The translations under genes and the position numbers were made by a program. A stretch of 64,000 nucleotides of DNA, from the NCBI GenBank assembly GCA_963703285.1, contig OY969807.1, positions 1,568,001 to 1,632,000 of the forward strand. Direction: 5' to 3'. Under the pieces are notes generated by a model. That model did not search any database. It was not told the DNA's origin and saw only the letters and a list, made by a program, of their open reading frames with translations. The DNA comes from an uncultured Nitrososphaerota archaeon (GTDB lineage: Archaea > Thermoproteota > Nitrososphaeria > Nitrososphaerales > Gagatemarchaeaceae). Shown here in pieces: positions 18,255-26,900 of the stretch (within the stretch, counting starts at the first letter, position 1; every line of letters starts with the position of its first letter).

Positions 18255-18285
18255 GCCATACATAAGGGTTCATTGCGCCTCCGCC
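18255..18285 (-). repeat. Repeat R19
   Basis: gccatacataagggttcattgcgcctccgcc. Confidence 0.92.
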
Positions 18286-18422
18286 TAGGGATTTTCGTTT
18301 ACACGTTGTGTACGATTGTAGGTCTCGAACTGCCCCGAGATGCCGACGCGCCTCCGAGATGCTCAATGCGACTTGAGTAACTCGAGCGCGTGTTAATATC
18401 CTTGTTCACGCACACGTCCTCC

Positions 18423-19391
18423 ATGAAGTTGTCTCGATCAGAGTCCCTTGTCATGAGAGCGATTCTAACCTCCGGGGACGATGGCATGTCAAATAAGGAG
18501 ATTGCAATAGCGCTGACCGGAGCGCTGTCCCCTCAGGGACTCGCGAACGCGCTCAAGGCGCTTCAGACCAAGGGCTTGGTCTACAGGGACATCGCACCAG
18601 GGAAGAAAATCAGCGGAGCGCACGCGTCGTACAGGTCGACGGCTGCCTCGTTCGAACCAGCGTTCGTCAACAATGCAGCCGAATTCATGCTTTCCAAAGA
18701 AGCGGCGATGATTCACTTGCCCATAGCTACATCACCGCCCGTGACCGCTAATTGCCTCTTTCCAAGCGCCGCGCTGATCAGCGAAACCAAGGAACCTTTC
18801 AGGACTCTCGGCGACGACGCAGATCTTGGGAGGAGGCTCCGTGACGTGGCCAATCGGGTCACTTCGGCTTGGTTGGACTACCGGATGGGGAGCTACGGCG
18901 CGCATTCTCTGAGGATAGTCACGGAGTACGAGGACGCGCTTGCGACCTATCTCAGGCTCTTTGAGTGCAAACTGCAGCGGTGGGTGCCGCAGACCGCCAG
19001 GGAACCTCCTCCCCGCGGCCCTTACTCCTTCGTCGACCCGCTCGACATGGTCGAACACGCGCACAGCATCGATTGGCCACTGAAGAAGTACCATATCACG
19101 GAGGAGGAACTGGAGCAGCGTCACGCGCTTTTCCCCCATGCAGGCGATGAGCTGGACCGGTTGAGCGTGAAAGAGCTGCGGAAGCTGAAGGCCGTCGTCT
19201 ATAACCGGAGAAAGAAACGGATCTATGAGGAATACCTGAAGGCGCTGGTGCCTCCCAAGACCCTCCTGCTCCTAGACTTCGGACTATCCAGCGCGTCCCT
19301 GAGAGAGCACCTCGGCAGCCGGTTCGTGGTAGTCAACTCGTTTGGGCAGGAGGGCGGTGCCGGAGACGCCAAGATTGAATCAGAGGCCTGA
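18423..19391 (+). CDS. N-terminal wHTH protein
   Basis: MSNKEIAIAL...LSPQGLANALKALQTKGLVYR. Confidence 0.7.
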   Translation: MKLSRSESLVMRAILTSGDDGMSNKEIAIALTGALSPQGLANALKALQTKGLVYRDIAPGKKISGAHASYRSTAASFEPAFVNNAAEFMLSKEAAMIHLPIATSPPVTANCLFPSAALISETKEPFRTLGDDADLGRRLRDVANRVTSAWLDYRMGSYGAHSLRIVTEYEDALATYLRLFECKLQRWVPQTAREPPPRGPYSFVDPLDMVEHAHSIDWPLKKYHITEEELEQRHALFPHAGDELDRLSVKELRKLKAVVYNRRKKRIYEEYLKALVPPKTLLLLDFGLSSASLREHLGSRFVVVNSFGQEGGAGDAKIESEA

Positions 19392-21318
19392 TTCCCGGCT
19401 GAACAGCCTCGCGTTCAACTGGCTGGACGGCCGAAGGAAGAGGAGGGAAGAGGAAGAACGCCGCCGGATGGACGCGCAGTTCCGAAGGGAGGAGAAAGAA
19501 AGAGAAGAAGAGACAAGGAAGGAGTTGGAGGAGAGGGCCAAGTTCGGCCGCTCGATAGTCGTCTTGAACGTTGTCGAGAGGTACCATCGTAACCCGGAGG
19601 TCTCTCCCTACTGCATCAGGCAGACGGGCTTCGACGACTACAGGAACAGACAGGAAGAATGCAGGCTGGTCCCTTCCAGATACATCAAGAGCAAGTCGAA
19701 CCAGAACGTCCTGATCTCCGGCGCCAGCGGGGCCGGCAAGTCCGTCCTGGCGTGCTACCTGCTCTCCTGTTTCGAAGAATCGCCGAAGCTGATCATCTCG
19801 TTCAAGGCCAGCGACGAGTACCTGAACGCAGGCTATCCCGTGGCCGACGCCTCGAAGGTCGTGCCGAACCCGTTCGAGGACGTCAACGCCTTCATCACAG
19901 CCTTCGCGATCACCTTCCCGCTCGATGTCATCGGGGTGACGGCTTCCCAAGTCCCGGCTTTGATCTTCAACATCGCCAGGGATTGCGAAAGCTGGAAGGA
20001 CTTCGTGGAGCGGCTCGAGGCGCGCATCAACGGGACGAGAGACAAGGTCCAGCTGACCGCGCTCAGGTTCATCGACGAGCACGTTCGCCTGCTGGTCTGC
20101 GATTCACAGAGAGACAGCGACTCGTTGCTCGCCTCCATCGTTCATGGAGGAAAATCAATCCACTTCGACTTCTCCAAGCTCAACGACAATGCCAAGATCT
20201 TCTACGCCGAGCTCCTTCTCCGGCAGTGCTGGGCGCGTCTGCACGACGGCAGCGGAGACAGCAAGTGGACCATCCTGTGCGTCGATGAGGTTCACCGGCT
20301 CCTGCGCGGAACCTTCCAGCGATACCACTCCATCATACACGAGATATCCCGCGAGGTCAGGAACCTGGGAGCGCTCTTGACGCTGGAACAGAACTACACA
20401 GACGCCCAGGACGACGTCAGGAACCAGTTTGCGACGCAGTTCGTCTTCGAAACGACGTCGAAATCCGACCTTGACGCGCTGAACGCCATCGACCCTATCC
20501 TCGGCTGGGCCGCTCCCCGGCTCGGTCCACAGAACTTCTTCGACGCCAAGGAGCCCAATCCCGCCGAGCTGTGGATGTACCACCTGTTTGCGAAGGTGGC
20601 CAAAATCGAAGGCGACAAGCTGACCTGGGTCCCCGAGCCCAGGAAGCCGGTGAGGTACGTCACCGACGAAGACCAGGTCGTCGACAGGCTGATCGTGACA
20701 CGGCTCGTCCGGAGATACCTGGAGAAGGATGTGCTCTACGTGAGCCAGTTCGCAAGGCTCCTCATGGACCGTTATAGGCTGGGAGAGGACGAGGCGAAGC
20801 TCCTGATCAACGATGCCCTACGTCCTCTGAGAGATGGAGGCGAGGTCAGGCGGATGGAATTCGAGCGGGAAGACGGACAGTCGCTCGTCCTGTACTACCA
20901 GCTGCCCGAAGGTACTGCAGGGGCGAGCGTCCTGCACGACTTCCTGACTTCGCACCTCAGACACTACCTGGAAGGCCGGGGCGAAAGAATCGTGAAGGTC
21001 GCCGAGATAGGTGACCTGGCCGCCGACATCGAGACCGAGAGCGCTCTGTACGAGGTCGAGACGGGCCTGAAGAAGGGGAACGTTCGGGGCCTCAGGGAGG
21101 CGGTGAGCAAGGCCGAGAAGCCGGTGTTCATCGTGCTTCCGAACTCTGACATCGCTCAAAGGTATGCGGGCCTGATCAGAACAGACAAGGTCGTCAGGGT
21201 CGTCACTATGGCGAACCTGCCGAAGGCCCTCGAAGCGCCTCTTCTTCCTCCCGTTCCCGCCGGTCCGGTGAACTCGTCGGAAGAGAAAGAAGGAGGAAAA
21301 GGAGCCAGTTCGATTTGA
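19342..21318 (+). CDS. HerA/VirB4/FtsK-like P-loop ATPase with C-terminal wHTH and PD-(D/E)xK-like domain
   Basis: Walker A GASGAGKS, Walker B LCVDEVHR, QNY...RNQF, ADIET...EVETGLK; start uncertain. Confidence 0.85.
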   Translation: MGRRAVPETPRLNQRPDSRLNSLAFNWLDGRRKRREEEERRRMDAQFRREEKEREEETRKELEERAKFGRSIVVLNVVERYHRNPEVSPYCIRQTGFDDYRNRQEECRLVPSRYIKSKSNQNVLISGASGAGKSVLACYLLSCFEESPKLIISFKASDEYLNAGYPVADASKVVPNPFEDVNAFITAFAITFPLDVIGVTASQVPALIFNIARDCESWKDFVERLEARINGTRDKVQLTALRFIDEHVRLLVCDSQRDSDSLLASIVHGGKSIHFDFSKLNDNAKIFYAELLLRQCWARLHDGSGDSKWTILCVDEVHRLLRGTFQRYHSIIHEISREVRNLGALLTLEQNYTDAQDDVRNQFATQFVFETTSKSDLDALNAIDPILGWAAPRLGPQNFFDAKEPNPAELWMYHLFAKVAKIEGDKLTWVPEPRKPVRYVTDEDQVVDRLIVTRLVRRYLEKDVLYVSQFARLLMDRYRLGEDEAKLLINDALRPLRDGGEVRRMEFEREDGQSLVLYYQLPEGTAGASVLHDFLTSHLRHYLEGRGERIVKVAEIGDLAADIETESALYEVETGLKKGNVRGLREAVSKAEKPVFIVLPNSDIAQRYAGLIRTDKVVRVVTMANLPKALEAPLLPPVPAGPVNSSEEKEGGKGASSI

Positions 21319-21704
21319 GGTGCAAGTGGTGCGGTGCTGATGACATCTCCCCGGGACACACCTGCGCTGGCATGCCTCCGGACATCAAGCACGAGTTGAC
21401 AGACTACGCAGGTGGTGTGACCTCGGCTGCAGGCGCTTCTGGCCTGTATTACGTCATGATGGAGCCCACTCGCAATTTCGCCGGACCGTTCGTAAGGCTC
21501 ATTCTTGCGAAGGCAGGCGAGACGCTCGTCAACGACCAGATCATAGACCGGCAAGAGATTAGGATCAGCGAGGGCGGCTGGGGCCATCTGAATTCAAAAT
21601 ACGGCGATCTCGGCAGGTTGGAATACTTCGATGACCCGGACGAAGCGCAGGCGAGGCATTCGATGTACCTGAAGCAAGTTACGGTGTACGCAAGAAGAAG
21701 GTGA
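21315..21704 (+). CDS. Hypothetical protein with an N-terminal CxxC...HxC
   Basis: 4-nt overlap with the ATPase stop. Confidence 0.6.
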   Translation: MRCKWCGADDISPGHTCAGMPPDIKHELTDYAGGVTSAAGASGLYYVMMEPTRNFAGPFVRLILAKAGETLVNDQIIDRQEIRISEGGWGHLNSKYGDLGRLEYFDDPDEAQARHSMYLKQVTVYARRR

Positions 21705-21774
21705 TGATGCTTCGGGGGCGCGGTCTTCCCCCGCCAACCTTCTCCTCCAGGCCCGAGATTCCTTCGCTAACTAA

Positions 21775-21921
21775 CTAGTCGAGCTTTCCTTCCTTCAGCT
21801 TCTGCAAGGCATATTCAATCGCGTGCGTCCTGTTTGCGAATCTCTTCTTCTCGACTTCGGCGTCAATCCACTTCAGAAGGTCCGGGTCAATTGACATGCT
21901 CGTCTTGACTTTCTTCGTCAT
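21775..21921 (-). CDS. Ribbon-helix-helix (CopG-like) regulator
   Basis: MTKKVKTSMSIDPDLLKWID...NRTHAIEYAL. Confidence 0.85.
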   Translation of the reverse strand: MTKKVKTSMSIDPDLLKWIDAEVEKKRFANRTHAIEYALQKLKEGKLD

Positions 21922-22094
21922 AACTACCCTAACATACTCTAAAATACCACAAAACATTTAAGGTGTTATACCCCATAGTAGGTCAGAGAGGTATATTGCG
22001 GTATGGCGGATGGCTATCAATCGGCCGTGTCCGAATCGACCCCTCGAGGCTCGGACATCCAGCGGGCATACTGCCTTCCGGAGCGAGACCTTCT

Positions 22095-22613
22095 ATGACC
22101 ATCTTCGTCGACATCGAGACGACCGGCCTCAATCCGTATCACTCGAAGCTCATCACCGCTCAACTGATGGATGGCCGGAATGTCTACATCTGGAAGGAGT
22201 GGGAGATCGGCGAAGGCCCCGCGATAAAGGGACTCCTCGAGCACCTGAGGACAAAGCCCCGGAACCTCGAGGTGGTCGGTTACAACGTGCTCGCATTCGA
22301 CCTCCCTTTCATCGTCGGGAGGCTCGCTCTGGCGAACGAGATGGGAGAGAGCGTCCACCAGCTTCTGCACAGCAGGAAGTGGCTCGACCTTTACCACCTC
22401 TTGGGCGGCGACTGGCGGAGCATGGACTACTGGATCGCCAGGCACGGAATCAAACGGACCTGTCCCTACACCGGAAAGGACGTCCCCTCTCTTTACGATC
22501 AGCGAAGGTACTCCGATATTGTAGCGCACGCAGAGGAGGACCTCTTCCTCTGCGAAAGAGTGTTTGCCGGGCCGTTCGTACGCCAGTTGATGGAAGTGCA
22601 AGGGCGGTCCTGA
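22095..22613 (+). CDS. RNase H-like (DEDD/RNase_H_2) 3'-5' exonuclease
   Basis: FVDIETTG, GYNVLAFDLPFI, WLDLY, HAEED. Confidence 0.85.
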   Translation: MTIFVDIETTGLNPYHSKLITAQLMDGRNVYIWKEWEIGEGPAIKGLLEHLRTKPRNLEVVGYNVLAFDLPFIVGRLALANEMGESVHQLLHSRKWLDLYHLLGGDWRSMDYWIARHGIKRTCPYTGKDVPSLYDQRRYSDIVAHAEEDLFLCERVFAGPFVRQLMEVQGRS

Positions 22614-22616
22614 CAT

Positions 22617-23747
22617 TTGGCCGTAGTGACGCGCGTAATCAAGTTCAACCGTACTTCCGTACTGTACGTGCCCAAGCGAATCATCCCGGAACACGAGAGA
22701 TCCGACGTGCTCGAGGTGGAGATATGCAGGATTGGGAGCGACGGGGCCCCTGAGGGACGGTCTCACCTGCTCTACTGTCTGCACAATCCGGAGTCCAGGA
22801 GAGCCTTCCTCAGCCTCTTCCAGTTGAGGCCGAAGCCCGGAGAACCCTTCGCGATCCTTGGCGTGCGAAGATACGGTTTGGAAGAGTTCGCCAATGACTA
22901 CAACAAAGTGAGGCCGATGTCCCTTCACAATACCCGTCTTCTCCTCGTGGATGCTCGACTGGTCATGAGGGTCGGGGACGCTGAAGTTACCATCCCGCAT
23001 GAACTGAAGTCCAATAGAGGGCATGTCCTACTGCTCGGCAGATTCGGAGAGCACGGTCGCCAGTTCAAGATAACGAAGTGTCTTGCGGGCTTCAAGGTCT
23101 GTCTAATGCCGAGGCACAGCCCTGTCGCTTCGATGAAGGACGAGTCTGGAGGGATAGTGATACGCTATCGAGACCGCCGCATTCCCGAAGACGGTCACAG
23201 GACGGTAATTGAGATCGAAGGGGCCAAACCACTCATGGATTCGAAGCATCCCATCAGTAGCCCTTCGCTGATGGACGGGATGAGAATCGTTTCCAAGCCA
23301 ATGACATTCGAAGGAGTCTACACCTTGAGGAGTTCTCAAAGGTTGGAGCGGTTCGTCCGGAACAAACTGTCGTCTGCCAGGGGTTTCGCACAGTACTCGC
23401 ACCAAAGGGGTACGATCGCCGAGGGAATCATCAACAGTGTTCTGGCAAGAATTGGGTGCCACGAAGTTGTCGACCATCCTCACGGGAGCGGTTGGGGCGG
23501 TCAGATCTCAGAGAAGAAGGGTCCCGATAGTCTCAGATTCACGATAGTCAATCACGCCCTTGCATATTTCGAATTCAAGTGGTGGTCCAACGCGTTATTG
23601 GCAGTAAGTGATTCTCGAATTCAAGTCCGAGCGTATCGTTGTAGATTCCCGAGCTATGGAGAAACTTTGGTTGGAGCCGCATATGCTGCGGTACTGGACT
23701 GGGAAACAGGAAAGTTGAATGCGCGGCTAATAATCAAGCGAGCATAG
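22617..23747 (+). CDS. Hypothetical protein with a C-terminal PD-(D/E)xK-like motif
   Basis: GTIAE...GPDSLRF...YFEFK. Confidence 0.6.
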   Translation: MAVVTRVIKFNRTSVLYVPKRIIPEHERSDVLEVEICRIGSDGAPEGRSHLLYCLHNPESRRAFLSLFQLRPKPGEPFAILGVRRYGLEEFANDYNKVRPMSLHNTRLLLVDARLVMRVGDAEVTIPHELKSNRGHVLLLGRFGEHGRQFKITKCLAGFKVCLMPRHSPVASMKDESGGIVIRYRDRRIPEDGHRTVIEIEGAKPLMDSKHPISSPSLMDGMRIVSKPMTFEGVYTLRSSQRLERFVRNKLSSARGFAQYSHQRGTIAEGIINSVLARIGCHEVVDHPHGSGWGGQISEKKGPDSLRFTIVNHALAYFEFKWWSNALLAVSDSRIQVRAYRCRFPSYGETLVGAAYAAVLDWETGKLNARLIIKRA

Positions 23748-23801
23748 TAGAAGAGTAGAGAGTCCAATCTTTCTTGGTTAGAGATGCGGAAGAAATGTTG
23801 A

Positions 23802-23860
23802 GCCATGTATAGGGTTCATTGCGCCTCCGCCGGGGCATTTCATCCACACGTTGGGCTATA
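23802..23860 (-). other. Native 3' strand of the pre-23S processing stem (BHB), the template of repeats R1-R19
   Basis: RNA sense CCCCGGCGGAG-GCGC-AAU-GAACCCUAUACAUGGC pairs with the 5' strand at 28880-28926. Confidence 0.9.
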
Positions 23861-24169
23861 GTAATTGGACGGGCTGAACACGTCGACCTTGCGGTCTTCG
23901 TGCGTACACCCCCAATACTTCAACGGAGTCTTCTACTCCCGCCCTTCTCAGCGTGCCCCTCTAGCCTTGCGGCCGGAAGGGTGTAGCTGATAGAACACTC
24001 TTCTTGGGAGTGGCTTCCTGCTTAGATGCTTTCAGCAGTTATCCACAACAGCTTAGCTGCCCGGCGGTGCCCTTTCGGACAACCGGTACGCCAGAGGCTG
24101 CGCGCCGCTGTTCCTCTCGTACTGAGCAGCGCTTCCCCGCAGTGTTCTTCCGCTTCCATCAGGTAGAGG

Positions 24170-24223
<54 letters not shown>

Positions 24224-24277
24224 GCAGCCCCACCCTTGGCCCCTGCTGCAGGACCAGGATGGGAAGAGCCGACATCG

Positions 24278-25154
24278 CAATCTTATCCGAAATTTCTTTC
24301 GGGATCAGACTATGTCTTCACCCTCCCGCACTTTCGAAGGAGGGGTTGGCGTATGATGGCTGACAGCGCACGTTGTCGCGGCGCGTCGGAACGCGCCTCG
24401 TGAACCTGCTTTGGGCCGGTTCTTGCGCTTAAATAACCAGTCTGCGCCCCTTCCCGGCATGTCAGACGGAAATCCGCCTTCATTCTTCCGGTCGTGGGAA
24501 CGCATGTGGGAGGTGCTGTCCTTCATCACCCTCCTGCTGGGAATCCTGGTCTTTCTGATAGCGCCCTTCGGGGGCGTTACCCAGACCGACGGCACGTATC
24601 TCCTGGCCATCAGCGTCGTCAGCGTCCTGCAGGCCATTTACTTTGACCGCAAGGCGCTCGAAACCGAGGCCAGGCAGGCCGAGGGACACCCAGCCAGCTA
24701 GTCATTTCGCCAAGCCATCTCATCACGCACATCTCTGCGCGCTCAGTCGTTACGGGGTCATATGGGAAGATCGATTCTACCCGTGACAGAAATACCGCAA
24801 CCAAAATCCACACCGGCCCGCCCTACGGCAGGACGGCATCTCGTCTGGTTGCGCCCGCTTGCATCCGCCGCCGGAACTTGCGCTCCGGAGCGTTTGCTGC
24901 CGGAGGATGTGTTCTCATTCGAACCCTTTCCTGTATTGTCCATCTTGGAAGAAGTGCCCTCAGTGGAGCGAACTCTTGGCTGTTTTGTTGCTTTAGCTAG
25001 AAGCAACCAATTGCTCGCTTACTTTTACCCATAGACTTCCCACGGCGTTGCCCTCTTCCGTTTCTTCAGTGTTCCCCGGAAGGAGGGGTTCGCCGTTATA
25101 AGCCAATGCTTCAAATCGCGTTACCGTGATTTTGCCCCGAGACCCGAAGGTCCA
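24278..25154 (-). ncRNA. Group I intron at L2500 (E. coli numbering)
   Basis: Interrupts TTTGGTACCT|CGATGTCGGC after U and ends in G; P/Q-like AACGGCGAACCC and AACGCCGTGGGAAG, R-like GTAACGACTG, S-like AAGACATAGTCT. Confidence 0.9.
24459..24701 (+). CDS. Small two-TM membrane protein antisense within the L2500 intron
   Basis: MSDGNPPSFFRSWERMWEVLSFITLLLGILVFLIAPF...YLLAISVVSVLQAIYF; TATA-like cttaaata ~25 nt upstream; GC3-rich codons. Confidence 0.65.
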   Translation: MSDGNPPSFFRSWERMWEVLSFITLLLGILVFLIAPFGGVTQTDGTYLLAISVVSVLQAIYFDRKALETEARQAEGHPAS

Positions 25155-25716
25155 AGGTACCAAACCGCGGGGTCGATTGGAGCTCTCGCCCGCGACGAGC
25201 CTGTTACCCCTGGGGTAACTTTTCTGTCACATCCAGCCCCCAACAGTGGGGACATGAATGATCGCTAGGCCACACTTTCGTGGCAGAGAACTCTGCGTTT
25301 AAGTTCCCTGTCAGGCCGGCTTTTCGCCTTGCCGTCAACGATGGAGTTCTGACCCATCTGAGCCGACCTTTGGGCCCCCTCGATATCTTTTCAAGGGGGT
25401 GCCGCCCCAGCCGAACTGCCCACCTGCCGGTGTCCTCCCGTAGGAGTTAGCGATACAGTCGCGAGGGACGGGTGTTACATTGTCGACTCCACCTGAGCCG
25501 GAGCCCAGGCTTCGAAGTCTGCCCGTTACACTCTGCAACCGCAACCGAATCGCAGCAACAAGCTGCAGTAAAGCTCCACAGGGACTTCTCTCCCCGATGG
25601 AAGTTGCTGGACTGTTCGTCCAGCTTACGTAGGTTCGCCGGGTCGTAGATAGGGACAGCGGGGCCCTCGTTGGTCCATTCATGCACGTCGGAACTCACCC
25701 GACAAGGCATTTGGCT

Positions 25717-26123
25717 CACTCTGTTACTTCCTCCGTAGACCTCGATCGCTCGAGGCGGGCTCCCCGTTAAGGAAGCCTCCTTGCATCGCTGCAAGGGTCG
25801 GACTATATCTTGATCGCTGCGAAGGCGATCTCTGGCGTATAGTCTCTGAGGATTCTAGATTCTTTTGTTTGGGATGTCCTTCGGAACTCAAGGAGTTACT
25901 TTGAGCTGAACAAGGCTGTTTGCTGTGTCGAGAAGGCAGTTCCGACTGACAACTGCCGTTCCCGTTGAAGGACGGTGTGTAGGCCGTCCGATTTGCTTGT
26001 CGAATCTAGGCTTTCCTGCTGATTGTCTGCGGCCATCGCATTTTCAGTCCCTTGCGGGACTAGCGTGGCATGCTCAGACTTTCCAGCATACAGCCAGATT
26101 TTGTTAAGGCAACGTTAGTGGTC
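25717..26123 (-). ncRNA. Group I intron at L1931, no intact ORF
   Basis: Interrupts CTTAAGGT|AGCCAAAT and ends in G; R TCAGAGACTA and S AAGATATAGTCC. Confidence 0.92.
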
Positions 26124-26255
26124 ACCTTAAGAGAGTCAGAGTTACTCCCGGCGTTTACAGGCCCTTAGCCCAGTTGAACCCAGGTTTTAGGTACCTGCAC
26201 TGGCCAGGATTCATAAACTGTACACACCCTTTCGGGCTTGCAGTTTACTGTGTTT

Positions 26256-26900
26256 TTTAACTCAGCCGGTGCCTCCTCTAGCCAGATTATCGGTTCCTCA
26301 CCTTCTTCCTCTTTAGCTTGACTGACGGAATTGCTTTGATGAATCTGCGGAGCGAATCGCGTCTGTATATCTGAAGACCATGGATCGTGCTGTACTTGTA
26401 GATGTGCGAGTATGTTACTCCTAGGAATTCCAGCCTTTGCTGGATCGCTTCCAGGAGAGCTTTGTTTCCGTTGTAGATTACGACTCGGTCGGTCACCGTC
26501 CCTTCGGCGTCCATGACGCCTGCGATGAAGCTTCGGGCCTCATCGTCTGACAGTTCCCCGACGTACGTCGTGATGTGTTCGAACTTTGTCCGAAGGTCTA
26601 GGTACAGTTCCTTGGAGTAAACCAGGGCTCTGTACTTCCAGACCTTGTCGGATTTTGCGTAGTATCGATACGAGTACACCTTGTACCCGAGTTGCTGGAG
26701 TCTTGGAATGGTGTGTTCGATGATTTCCTTGTTGCGCTCTGTCTGGTCTACCCAGACGGCGTACGCTCCGTCTTTGCGCTTCGACGTCGAACCATCCCCG
26801 AATAGTATTCCTACCAGGTATGGGTCGACGCGCATCTTGTCTGACTAGTTGTGGTCTGTATTTCAGGACCGCTATCTCTTGGCCGGAGGCCCGTGCTGAT
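26256..26900 (-). mobile_element. Archaeal BHB-type rRNA intron near L1784
   Basis: Canonical BHB: UGUU-UAAU-AAA-UCAGC / GCUGA-GUUA-AAA-AACA; excision restores TGTTTAATAAAAACACAG. Confidence 0.92.
26287..26835 (-). CDS. LAGLIDADG homing endonuclease (two motifs)
   Basis: YLVGILFGDGS and FIAGVMDAEGT. Confidence 0.92.
   Translation of the reverse strand: MRVDPYLVGILFGDGSTSKRKDGAYAVWVDQTERNKEIIEHTIPRLQQLGYKVYSYRYYAKSDKVWKYRALVYSKELYLDLRTKFEHITTYVGELSDDEARSFIAGVMDAEGTVTDRVVIYNGNKALLEAIQQRLEFLGVTYSHIYKYSTIHGLQIYRRDSLRRFIKAIPSVKLKRKKVRNR

Larger units (their letters stand above)
1..23860. mobile_element. Gene-cassette array delimited by direct repeats of the 23S rRNA 3' processing-stem (BHB) strand; probably continues left of the window
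   Basis: 19 co-oriented copies plus the native copy of GGGTTCATTGCGCCTCCGCCGGGG, spaced ~0.3-5.5 kb apart, lying between the credible ORFs and bracketing mostly 1-3 accessory genes each. Confidence 0.85.

Noticed and set aside
153-18366. Many short ORFs containing 'RRRRNEP' or 'GFIAPP/VHCASAG' peptides
   Set aside because: These are translations of the DNA repeat itself, not a protein family.
292-23860. CRISPR array interpretation of the repeats
   Set aside because: Spacers are 0.2-5.5 kb and contain genes, the repeats are degenerate and vary in length, and no cas genes are present.
292-23860. Classical integron attC sites (GTTGGGC/GTTAGGC near some repeat ends fit GTTRRRY)
   Set aside because: No consistent RYYYAAC inverse core or attC hairpin; the GTT motif is part of the 23S terminus and is missing in many copies; cassettes occur in both orientations; no intI nearby. 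Not fully excluded without IntegronFinder.
23780-23860. 5S rRNA downstream of 23S
   Set aside because: No 5S motifs; the sequence is explained by the processing stem.
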